NCBI GenBank assembly: GCA_030427445.1
Contig: JAUIBQ010000002.1
Coordinates: forward strand, 101 to 64,100
Source: a bacterium
GTDB lineage: Bacteria; Patescibacteriota; Saccharimonadia; Saccharimonadales; SZUA-47
Reading direction: 5' to 3'
Length of the DNA stretch: 64,000 nucleotides
This document shows positions 55,678 through 64,000 of the stretch, piece after piece. The stretch's first letter is position 1; each line of letters begins with the position of its first letter. The translations under genes and the position numbers were made by a program. The notes under the pieces are model-generated. The model saw only the letters and a program-made list of their open reading frames with translations, ran no database searches and was not told the DNA's origin.

Positions 55678-56484
55678 ATGCAGCCGCAAAACCAATATCC
55701 TAATCAACCTGCTGGCATGCCTGGAAACCCAGGTCAGCCTGTTGCTCAGTCGCCAAAAACCAACCCAAATAGCACACAAAACACGTTGCAGATTGCAGAA
55801 ATCCGTGACGGAATCGTCATCATGAATGACGGTAGTTTCCGAGCTGTAGTCGCGTGTCAGAGCATCAACTTTGACCTCATGAGTCCTGAAGAGCGTGAGG
55901 CTGTTGAGTACAGTTATCAAGGATTTTTAAACTCGCTTTATTTTCCAGTACAAATATTTGTCAGAAGTCAGAAAGTAGATATCCGACCATACATTGAAAA
56001 GTTGGACAAAATCCGCTCAGAGCATGACAACATGCTTTTAGCACTTTTAATGGAGGACTACATTGGCTTTATGTCTTCACTCGCACAAGAAACAAACATT
56101 ATGGATAAAAAATTCTATGTTGTCATCCCGTATTTCAAGTCAGTAGACGGTCAACAGCTAGTAGAGCAGAGTAAGGGCTTTTTCCAGAGTTTTATGGGTA
56201 AAAAAGAGGAAAAGGTTGTGATCAACGAGCAAGACCTTGAAAAAGGTAAGGCAGAGCTTAGGAATCGCATCCAGGCAATTATGGCCGGACTCCAGCAATG
56301 TGGAGTGCAGTCCGTACCTCTTGATACACAAGAATTGATTGAACTTTACTACGATGCGTATAACCCAGATACTGCGACACGCCAGCAGATTACACGATTT
56401 GACGGCATGCTCAACACTGACGTCATCGAAAAAGGGCAGGGCGATGCAGCTCAACCGCAACTAGATAAGGAATTGGGTAGTTAG
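55678..56484 (+). CDS. VirB4/TrbE N-terminal domain-like protein (separate ORF) with Pro/Gln-rich leader
   Basis: IAEIRDGIVIMNDGSFRAVVACQSINFDLMSPEEREAVEYSYQGFLNSL resembles the start of CagE/TrbE/VirB4 N-domain; stop TAG 2 nt before GTG of the ATPase ORF. Confidence 0.45.
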   Translation: MQPQNQYPNQPAGMPGNPGQPVAQSPKTNPNSTQNTLQIAEIRDGIVIMNDGSFRAVVACQSINFDLMSPEEREAVEYSYQGFLNSLYFPVQIFVRSQKVDIRPYIEKLDKIRSEHDNMLLALLMEDYIGFMSSLAQETNIMDKKFYVVIPYFKSVDGQQLVEQSKGFFQSFMGKKEEKVVINEQDLEKGKAELRNRIQAIMAGLQQCGVQSVPLDTQELIELYYDAYNPDTATRQQITRFDGMLNTDVIEKGQGDAAQPQLDKELGS

Positions 56485-56486
56485 TC

Positions 56487-58403
56487 GTGGGATTATTCGG
56501 AGGAAAACCAAAACTCGATCCAGTTGCTCAAGCACAGCTTCAGCAAGCCCAGGAGCAAATGGAGGTACAGGCAGCATTTCAAAAAGGCGTGACTGCACTT
56601 CGGGACTTCATCGCACCGGCAAGCCTAGAGTTTGAAAGTTCGATGTTTAAGATCGGCACGCGGCTCGCGCGCACCTATTTCGTGTACGGCTACCCTCGGC
56701 AAATTTATACAGGCTGGCTTTCTAGTATGATCAATCTCGATGAGGTGATCGATATTTCAATGTTTATCTACCCGGTTGAGAGTCAAGCAGTTCTCGAAAA
56801 CCTCCGTAAAAAAGTCGGTCAGCTCGAAGCAGGTATCCAAATCGACGCTGAAAAAGGTCGCGTGCGTGACCCACAAAAGCAAGCAGCTATCCAAGATGCT
56901 GAAGAGTTACGAGACAAGCTCCAGGTGGGCGAAGAGCGGTTTTTCCGCTTTGGTCTGTATTTCACTGTATACGCAAACAGTCCTGAGGAGATGGAGTTCG
57001 TTACGCACAAGGTTGAGAGTATGCTCGGTCAACAGCTTGTGTACTCAAAACCTGCAAGCGCACAACAAGAACAAGGTCTAAACTCGACAATCCCACAATT
57101 CACCGACCAGCTACAAATCCGCCGTAACATGAACACAGGAGCTATCAGCACGAGCTTCCCATTCACGAGCTCTGATCTATCTCAAGAAAACGGCATTCTC
57201 TACGGTATCAACATGCACAACTCAGGCCTTGTGATCTTTGACCGTTTCAGCCTTGAGAACGGCAACTCTGTTGTCTTCGCGAAGTCAGGCGCTGGTAAAA
57301 GCTTTACCGTGAAGCTCGAAGCGCTTCGAAGCATGATGTTTGGCACTGAAGTGTTTATTATCGACCCAGAAAACGAATACCAGAGAATGGCGGAAGCTGT
57401 AGGCGGCGCGTATGTACGACTAAGCCTAAACTCCACAACACGAATCAATCCGTTTGACTTGCCGCAAGTCGTAGACGGGGAAGAGGCAGACAACGCGCTG
57501 CGAAGCAACCTCATCACCCTCCACGGACTTCTTCGTCTCATGATGGGTGGTGCACAAGCGCAAATGGCAGGCCAACAAGGCGCAATGATGGCGCCAGCAC
57601 TCAGTCCAGTCGAAGAATCAGATCTTGACCAAGCTCTCATCGAAACCTACGCAAAAGTCGGGATTACAAATGACCCATTAACTCATAAATCTCAGCCGCC
57701 AACTATCGCTGATCTCTACGATACACTCCTCCACATGGGAGGCACCGGACCGCAGCTAGCGCAACGACTGCGAAAGTACACCACAGGTACATTTGCCGGT
57801 ATCTTTTCACAGCAAAGCAACGTAAATATCAACAACCCGTTGGTGGTATTTAATATTCGTGACCTTGAGGATGAGCTTCGACCAGTCGCAATGTACATTG
57901 TCCTAAACTACATCTGGAACAAAACAAAATCTGACCAAAAGAAACGTTTGCTTGTTGTTGATGAAGCGTGGCAACTAATGAAATACGAAGATTCGGCAAA
58001 CTTTATGTTCTCTCTTGCGAAGCGTGCTCGTAAATACAACCTTGGCATCACAACCATTACGCAAGACGTCGAAGACTTTATGGGCTCTCGTATGGGGCGT
58101 GCTATCGTCGCCAACTCTAGCATGCAGCTTCTACTAAAGCAGTCGGCATCGGCGGTTGATGTACTTAGTGACGTCTTTAAGCTGACGAGTGAGGAGAAGA
58201 AGCGTCTTAGTCAGTTCCCAGTGGGTCAAGGCCTGTTCTTTGCTGGTCAAAACCATGTGCACATCCAAATAGTTCCTAGCCAGACAGAGGCTTCTCTTAT
58301 CACGACCAATCCAGAACAGGTGAAGCAGCTCGAGCAGCAGCAACAAAATCAGCAAGTCGACCTTAATCAAACAGGATATAATGATACTGTGAATCTACGA
58401 TAG
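56487..58403 (+). CDS. virB4: VirB4/TrbE/PrgJ-family T4SS ATPase (C-terminal part)
   Basis: Walker A VFAKSGAGKSFTVK, Walker B RLLVVDEAWQLM, motif ITQDVEDF; GTG start. Confidence 0.8.
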   Translation: MGLFGGKPKLDPVAQAQLQQAQEQMEVQAAFQKGVTALRDFIAPASLEFESSMFKIGTRLARTYFVYGYPRQIYTGWLSSMINLDEVIDISMFIYPVESQAVLENLRKKVGQLEAGIQIDAEKGRVRDPQKQAAIQDAEELRDKLQVGEERFFRFGLYFTVYANSPEEMEFVTHKVESMLGQQLVYSKPASAQQEQGLNSTIPQFTDQLQIRRNMNTGAISTSFPFTSSDLSQENGILYGINMHNSGLVIFDRFSLENGNSVVFAKSGAGKSFTVKLEALRSMMFGTEVFIIDPENEYQRMAEAVGGAYVRLSLNSTTRINPFDLPQVVDGEEADNALRSNLITLHGLLRLMMGGAQAQMAGQQGAMMAPALSPVEESDLDQALIETYAKVGITNDPLTHKSQPPTIADLYDTLLHMGGTGPQLAQRLRKYTTGTFAGIFSQQSNVNINNPLVVFNIRDLEDELRPVAMYIVLNYIWNKTKSDQKKRLLVVDEAWQLMKYEDSANFMFSLAKRARKYNLGITTITQDVEDFMGSRMGRAIVANSSMQLLLKQSASAVDVLSDVFKLTSEEKKRLSQFPVGQGLFFAGQNHVHIQIVPSQTEASLITTNPEQVKQLEQQQQNQQVDLNQTGYNDTVNLR

Positions 58404-58430
58404 GTATGAGAGGGCGCGCGTAAAAACAAA

Positions 58431-61400
58431 ATGTATCCAGGACCAGGTTCAGTTATAACACCAGGAGGGTCTAGTACAGGTCCTGATAATGACCCGAGAA
58501 ATCCAGTCGCTAAACCTTGGAGTGATGAAGAAATCGCTAAAGGCGTTCAACAACTAGAAGATCATGCAAATGATCCAAAAAACGCTACTAAAAATTCCCA
58601 GTCTGCGGCTAAGGGTGAATCAAACACCTCTCCGCATAAGGGGAATGAAAGTTCAGCTCTTGATGAAGAAAAAGGTAAGTTTAGGACTTCTTTAAGCGAC
58701 AAGCTTCGTCAGGATAATTCTTTAGTTGGCCTCGCAAAGCGACACAGAGCACGACTTGCTTTGGCCAGTGCAACTTTTGGAGTTGCTGGACTAATGGTTG
58801 GTGGTTTTATTGCTGCTCCAAGTTTTATACTGTCTCACATAAGCACCCTTATTACTGACAAGACAAGCGAGCTTCAAGTTAATAGTCAAGCAAAGTATCG
58901 CCGTTCGAAATTCGCTAGTTTCACTGACAGATTTACAATAGACGGCAGAAGATCTGGTGCGCTCATTGCAGAAATGAAGAAATTCGGCTATAAGATCGAC
59001 GTTAAAAATGGTACATTCCAAGCACCAGGTGGCTCATCAAAACCACTAGCGGAAGCTGGCGAAGAATTCTCAGAATTTATGGACCAACGCTACAAAATTT
59101 TTGGTGTACCGACACGTTCGCAGACATGGAAAACAAAACGTACTGATGCGCTTTTTAATAGGCATAATGTCGTGCGGTCATCTTCCGTGACATCTAAACC
59201 AGGCGATCTAGAAGACCCAGAGATACAGATGAACAAAACTCAGAATAATTCAATTAATGAGGGTAGCGAGATTGATACAAGCATAGATGAGTCTCCGGCA
59301 AAGAGAGATACTGACTCCGGGAATGAAAATATAGATAGCGATAATGAGAGCTATAATCAAGCTAATGATGAAGCGGCTGAAGCATTGGTACCAGAGGATA
59401 ATGTGTTTAGGCAAGCTGCTGATGATCTTGCCGATGGAGTAAGTATTAATGAACTTGGCGGGGTTGGACCTATCGGTGATGAGCTTGATCTTGGCTATGG
59501 CCCAAATCTCGTAAAAGCAGAGGTGAGAAGGAGTCTTCTTAGTCCCGGTGGGGCAGCTGCCGGAGCTGTTACCATTGCTAAGTCTGCACTTTTACCTGCA
59601 GATATAGCCGACAAAGCATGTACCGCAAATTCACGTCTCGATATGGCGGTAAAAGTGGCGAGAGCTGCTACAAGCGTCAAAATGATGCGCGCAGCTTTGG
59701 TGTTTGTAAGTGCAGATGATGGACAAAGAAGACAGGAAGCATCATTTGATTTAATGATGCAGATAGTTAAGCGAGTGATGTTGAGTGATAAAGCTATGGG
59801 AAATTTTGCTAATTCGGCAGGCTTTCAGTTTGCAAGTAATGGCTCTTTTAGTAGGTCAGCGCTGGAGAATCAGCCTTCTAAATTTAATACTTCTGGAAAG
59901 CTTTCTGCATTTTGGGGTGCCGTACGTAGTGCGACCGGAAAGATACCAGGATGTAGCGTATTGGGAAATACGGCATTTCAAATAGGTCTTGGGATTGGTG
60001 CGGTAGCATTGTCGATAGCGGTTCCAGGATCTGGCGCCGCTGCAGGCACAGGGGTTAAAACAGCACTACAAACTGCTGTACAGGGATTTTTTACAAAAAA
60101 AGCTCTGACTGGTATACTTGCGGGGCTGATAATTGATTACAGTTTTGAAGAAATACTGAACTTAACTACGTTATATGTGCAGAAACAACTCACTATGGCA
60201 ATCACAGGACAAGAGACTGGGGGCATGTATTCGAGTCTTTTATTCTCAGGAGCGGGAGTTCTTACTAAACAGAGATTCTTAAATGCTGGACAGGTACCCG
60301 CGACAGCCACACAATACGCACAAGCACGAGACATATTCCTAGCTGAGAAACGTGAAGAATCTAAAAATAAATCACTTGCTCAAAGATTATTTGATTTCTC
60401 TGATTATGACTCTCTCGCATACCAAACCACAGCCACACTTGCTTTGAATAGCGGCACACCTTCTGCTGCGATATCAAATTTCGGCACCAGTGTAGCGAGC
60501 CTGCCTTCATTAATGACAAATACCGTTACATCACTAACAACCGGCCGCGCATATGCTCAAGATTCTGATGAGCAATTAGCGTTCGACACAATTAGCATAA
60601 ACGGCACAGAATACGCGACAGATCCATCGGGTAATCTTCTCACGATCATGCGTGACGATATAAGCAGTATAGATGTTGATGAGAACCTTCAAGAATTAGA
60701 AGACGAAGGACATATAAGCAGTGAAGCTACAGGCTACGAACCAAAAAGTAGCGAGTTTACTACTTTTATGGAGTTATGTATAGACTCTGTCGATCAAATA
60801 AGCGCCATGGAAGAGGGAGAAGATTGTGCTGGCACAAAAACATTAACTAAGAAATTCTATGCGCATCTAGCATATTTAGACTCGATTGACTTCATAGATA
60901 GCTCACTGTTCTCGAACGAAATCAGTAGCTATGGCAGTGGCAGTAGTACACAACCAACTAACGCACCGAATGCATACTCAGTATCTGCGATTGAACCGGC
61001 GGAGGGATTGATACAAGGCACAAGTATCGAAGCACAGGACACAAGCAATATGGAATGCCCTATAAGTGACACCGTGCAAGACTTAGGCATAGAAACTGAG
61101 GCCTATGTAAAAGGAGTGAGGTACAGTGTTAGACTGTGCGCAGTACATGGTATTCGCATAAATGTCCTTATTGCTAAACAACTTGATGACATGTTAAATG
61201 AAATGGCTGACGAAGGCTATACCGTACGTGGAAGCGGTGGCTTTAGGGATCACGCAAGCCAAGTAGCAGGGTATGCTGGTGGCGCAGGGGCAGGGACGTT
61301 TGCAAAACCAGGATATTCAAATCACCAATTCGGACTGGCTATCGACTTCAGTTGTCAAGGACAAGGACAAAGTTACACAGCTGGTACGGGTAGATATCGA

Positions 61401-61568
61401 GATAGCTTCTTGCAAAACCTTAGTCAGTACCCTTGCCTGGAGTGGTTATCCAGAAATTCACCTCGCTATGGACTTCTTAACTCGTGTGTAGCCCAGGGGT
61501 CTCAAGGTGAAATTAGAGCAACTTCGGGTGGCTGTGAATGGTGGCATTTTTCACCTGATGGGAAATAA
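58431..61568 (+). CDS. Large T4SS-associated membrane protein with C-terminal peptidase M15 (VanY/D-Ala-D-Ala carboxypeptidase-like) cell-wall hydrolase domain
   Basis: C-terminus SNHQFGLAIDF (SxHxxGxAxD) and CEWWHF (ExxH) zinc-peptidase motifs; TM segments at ~110 aa and ~520-560 aa. Confidence 0.6.
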   Translation: MYPGPGSVITPGGSSTGPDNDPRNPVAKPWSDEEIAKGVQQLEDHANDPKNATKNSQSAAKGESNTSPHKGNESSALDEEKGKFRTSLSDKLRQDNSLVGLAKRHRARLALASATFGVAGLMVGGFIAAPSFILSHISTLITDKTSELQVNSQAKYRRSKFASFTDRFTIDGRRSGALIAEMKKFGYKIDVKNGTFQAPGGSSKPLAEAGEEFSEFMDQRYKIFGVPTRSQTWKTKRTDALFNRHNVVRSSSVTSKPGDLEDPEIQMNKTQNNSINEGSEIDTSIDESPAKRDTDSGNENIDSDNESYNQANDEAAEALVPEDNVFRQAADDLADGVSINELGGVGPIGDELDLGYGPNLVKAEVRRSLLSPGGAAAGAVTIAKSALLPADIADKACTANSRLDMAVKVARAATSVKMMRAALVFVSADDGQRRQEASFDLMMQIVKRVMLSDKAMGNFANSAGFQFASNGSFSRSALENQPSKFNTSGKLSAFWGAVRSATGKIPGCSVLGNTAFQIGLGIGAVALSIAVPGSGAAAGTGVKTALQTAVQGFFTKKALTGILAGLIIDYSFEEILNLTTLYVQKQLTMAITGQETGGMYSSLLFSGAGVLTKQRFLNAGQVPATATQYAQARDIFLAEKREESKNKSLAQRLFDFSDYDSLAYQTTATLALNSGTPSAAISNFGTSVASLPSLMTNTVTSLTTGRAYAQDSDEQLAFDTISINGTEYATDPSGNLLTIMRDDISSIDVDENLQELEDEGHISSEATGYEPKSSEFTTFMELCIDSVDQISAMEEGEDCAGTKTLTKKFYAHLAYLDSIDFIDSSLFSNEISSYGSGSSTQPTNAPNAYSVSAIEPAEGLIQGTSIEAQDTSNMECPISDTVQDLGIETEAYVKGVRYSVRLCAVHGIRINVLIAKQLDDMLNEMADEGYTVRGSGGFRDHASQVAGYAGGAGAGTFAKPGYSNHQFGLAIDFSCQGQGQSYTAGTGRYRDSFLQNLSQYPCLEWLSRNSPRYGLLNSCVAQGSQGEIRATSGGCEWWHFSPDGK

Positions 61569-61576
61569 AGAACTTT

Positions 61577-63109
61577 ATGACTAAAAAATCATTCCTACTC
61601 ACCTCGATTACGGCAATCATCATGACATTAACTGCGATACTTTTACAGTTTTCCATTGTGACTGCACAAGAAGAGGAGGAATGCACTGAGGCACAATTAC
61701 GAGCACAGGGAGTTATTGTGGTTTCTTGCAACCCTTTACCGGCAGAGAACTGCACAACTGTGGGTACTGTAAGCAGCAGAAACCCAGCCACTTCTGAGTA
61801 TTTATCTATTACTTATCCTGAAGCACTTGATAGCATCCCTGATTTGGCACAAAAAATTGATACTTTCATAGCTAGTAAGAATTCAACAACCCCATGGAAT
61901 GGACTAGGTTCCTTTATCATAGAAGAAAGTAAAAAGTACGACGTCAACCCTGTTTTTATAGTTGCCACGGGCAGGTCTGAAACTGGCTTCAGAGGGTCGA
62001 GTTCAAGCAGGTACAACTATTTTGGTATTAAAAACTCCAGCTCTACATATCGTCAATTCACAAGTGCAGAGGAAGGAATTGCATACTTTATTTCTACCAT
62101 ACCGGAATATTTAAGCGGAGAGAGATCAGGAGGAAGGTATCAAGGTATAAATACGGTATATGAGTACTCCTCAATACATCAAACTGGTAGCGTTGTTTAC
62201 CCAGGAGAGCCATTCGATCCTAACGATATCGATGAAAAGAAGGGGAACACTCAAGACTTATGGGACCCTGCAATGGCCGTGTATGTGAGCTGGGACGAAA
62301 ACGCTAACAACAGGCCTGAAGTAAACCCAAAATACAAAGGTAACGTATATAACCCGCTCAATTATTACAAACTAAATATTGAGACTTTTAATGGCATCCT
62401 TGGTTTAAACTTGCCTGATACACCTGGTGGAGTCACGGCTCAGTGTGGGTCTTTGACTGCTGGTGCATCTGGCTGGGACCTGCCAGGAGAAGGAGCGAAT
62501 CCTATGGTTTACTACTCCCAGAGAAGGTCTGGAGATGATACTGCTTTAAGTGCTGACGCATTACGTGAGGTTATTGGTAGGTCCTTTAATTATCCCTCGG
62601 GATATTTCGGCAACGACAATTATGGTCCAGGACCGATAGCGCATTGCGGATGCGGTCCGACATCGTGGGCAATGATTGTCAGTACGCTTACTGGTGAAGT
62701 TACGACACCTACCGAAGTAGCTGAATGGGCGAACGAGAATGGTTGGCAATCTGACGGTGATCCTTGCGGTGGATCTAATTGGTGGTGGAACTCCCAAGAA
62801 TCTTCCGAAGCGAAATGGAAAGTATCAGCAACCCCTATAACCATCTCGGATGCACCCGATGCATTACGCTCGGGCTCTTTAATACTGGTTTCTGCAGGAT
62901 CAGGACCATTCACAAGCGGAGGGCATCTTTTAGTGATGAGAGCTGTGACAGATGATGGGAAATTCTTATTTGCAGACCCTAATGACTATAGAGATACTAG
63001 ACAGGCAGCATTCAATGTGTTTAACGGCGAAAGTAAGAGTCGCACACCACTAAGTGAAGAGCAGTTTATAGGCAGTATAAAAGGGCTATGGGAGGTTAAG
63101 CCATTATGA
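61577..63109 (+). CDS. Secreted cell-wall hydrolase: glucosaminidase (FlgJ/Mannosyl-glycoprotein endo-beta-N-acetylglucosaminidase-like) + C39-like/CHAP-like cysteine peptidase domain
   Basis: Signal peptide; ATGRSETGFRGSSSSRYNYFGIK (glucosaminidase motif); CGPTSWAMIV ... GGHLLVMRAV (Cys/His peptidase_C39_2-like). Confidence 0.55.
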   Translation: MTKKSFLLTSITAIIMTLTAILLQFSIVTAQEEEECTEAQLRAQGVIVVSCNPLPAENCTTVGTVSSRNPATSEYLSITYPEALDSIPDLAQKIDTFIASKNSTTPWNGLGSFIIEESKKYDVNPVFIVATGRSETGFRGSSSSRYNYFGIKNSSSTYRQFTSAEEGIAYFISTIPEYLSGERSGGRYQGINTVYEYSSIHQTGSVVYPGEPFDPNDIDEKKGNTQDLWDPAMAVYVSWDENANNRPEVNPKYKGNVYNPLNYYKLNIETFNGILGLNLPDTPGGVTAQCGSLTAGASGWDLPGEGANPMVYYSQRRSGDDTALSADALREVIGRSFNYPSGYFGNDNYGPGPIAHCGCGPTSWAMIVSTLTGEVTTPTEVAEWANENGWQSDGDPCGGSNWWWNSQESSEAKWKVSATPITISDAPDALRSGSLILVSAGSGPFTSGGHLLVMRAVTDDGKFLFADPNDYRDTRQAAFNVFNGESKSRTPLSEEQFIGSIKGLWEVKPL

Positions 63110-63813
63110 TGAACAGCAATAAGGCCAAGCTAATAGTTGCGGCCCTACTTTTTATTGGTGCAGTTGTTCTTTTTATACTTAGTTTTGTGAGCAACCCTGC
63201 AAACGATACAGCTGAAGAGCCAATCTTCGCAGACACTCCAGCACTGTTTAGTGGCGAGTATTCAGAATTACTAAATAGCCTTCCTACTGCGTCATTTGAA
63301 TTACTTAGAGAGGATGTAAAGTATCTTGGCGTAGAATCGTTTGATGAGTATAGAAAACTTGAGGAAGAAGTTATATTCTTCGTTAACGGAGAATCAATAA
63401 GCACTCAAAATGACACCATGTCGTTTAGCGGATACTTTGAGATTAATGAAGAAGAACCTGTACAAACAACAGTGGAGATTTTATCAAACAACCGTATTAA
63501 CGTCGTCTTCAATCAGCAGCTTATTGAGCTAGACCCAAACCAACTTCCATCAAACTCTCCAAGAAATAACTTTATATCTACATTACCAGAGCAAAGACCA
63601 GGCTATGACATAGAATACGATATTGATGCAGATAGCTTCATAGTTAGGCTGTATGAGTTGGATGCGCAAGAGGCCGCAGTGGATTATATATCAGCTAAAA
63701 TAGAAGACCCGAATTATTCAGAGAAAATTGAAATAATACCTCTTGGGTCAACGAATTTTGAGCGGTTTGAGAGTATTTATCCTACTAATGGCGCTGAGGT
63801 AGTAGGGCCTTAA
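63106..63813 (+). CDS. Hypothetical membrane-anchored protein (possible VirB8/PrgL-like periplasmic component), last gene of T4SS operon
   Basis: N-terminal TM LIVAALLFIGAVVLFILSF; 4-nt overlap with upstream gene. Confidence 0.35.
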   Translation: MMNSNKAKLIVAALLFIGAVVLFILSFVSNPANDTAEEPIFADTPALFSGEYSELLNSLPTASFELLREDVKYLGVESFDEYRKLEEEVIFFVNGESISTQNDTMSFSGYFEINEEEPVQTTVEILSNNRINVVFNQQLIELDPNQLPSNSPRNNFISTLPEQRPGYDIEYDIDADSFIVRLYELDAQEAAVDYISAKIEDPNYSEKIEIIPLGSTNFERFESIYPTNGAEVVGP

Positions 63814-64000
63814 AGTGGGATGATGTTGTGGTCGCTGAAATGTTCGACGACGACGTCTGCGTCGGTGCTTGTGACGAACGTTTGCGTGTCTGTAAGCGCG
63901 TTAGCGAGTGATTTCCGACGTGAACCATCCAACTCCCCAAACACGTCGTCTAAAAGCAATATGGGCTGCTTGTCGTACCGCTCCCGTACGACATCAAGCT
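63810..64000 (-). CDS. recF: DNA replication and repair protein RecF, C-terminal end (partial, continues past window)
   Basis: Minus-strand translation ...ILLLDDVFGELDGSRRKSLANALTDTQTFVTSTDADVV..IIPL* matches RecF C-terminal signature (LLLDDV.sELD). Confidence 0.7.
   Translation of the reverse strand, partial: LDVVRERYDKQPILLLDDVFGELDGSRRKSLANALTDTQTFVTSTDADVVVEHFSDHNIIPL

Noticed and set aside
56470-56495. Programmed -1 ribosomal frameshift joining the two VirB4 ORFs
   Set aside because: No slippery X XXY YYZ heptamer or downstream pseudoknot is evident; stop-2nt-GTG spacing is more consistent with coupling or a simple indel.
46915-63813. Integrative conjugative element / plasmid-derived conjugation module
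   Set aside because: No relaxase, VirD4 coupling protein, integrase/recombinase, oriT-like repeats or att duplications are seen at the borders. The flanking genes (hsp20, recF) are core genes, so a resident chromosomal T4SS is the better reading.

Overview
This 64-kb window reads as a low-GC, gene-dense chromosome segment from a small-genome, Gram-positive-type bacterium. Sortase, MscL, ComFC, a bifunctional PGI/PMI, many small hypothetical proteins and a Gram-positive-style type IV secretion system fit Candidatus Saccharibacteria / Patescibacteria, but the lineage is an inference from gene content only.

The first ~46 kb is mostly housekeeping. It holds rpoD-dnaG, orn, mscL, a glutamate dehydrogenase, argH-argG-argS, rlmH, tag, valS, tsaD, groES-groEL with a CIRCE operator, a Mur ligase, a sortase, a MacB-like ABC pair, comFC and an Hsp20. 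Five tRNA genes are interspersed: all four serine isoacceptors (anticodons TGA, GCT, GGA, CGA) plus tRNA-Arg. Around them are partial tRNA 3'-end duplications and two families of conserved intergenic structured repeats.

The standout is a ~17-kb divergently organised locus at 46.9-63.8 kb that looks like a type IV secretion system. On the minus strand sit seven tandem paralogous pilin-like genes, each with a hypervariable Cys-pair ectodomain fused to a conserved two-helix core. On the plus strand is a tightly coupled operon encoding a giant VirB6-like polytopic protein, a PrgI/VirB3-like protein, a VirB4 ATPase apparently split into two ORFs, a large membrane protein with a C-terminal M15 peptidase, and a secreted glucosaminidase + C39-like hydrolase. 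No relaxase, VirD4 or integrase is present in the window. The locus is embedded between hsp20/comFC and recF, so it looks like a chromosomal, non-conjugative T4SS (for example for host-cell interaction) rather than an ICE.
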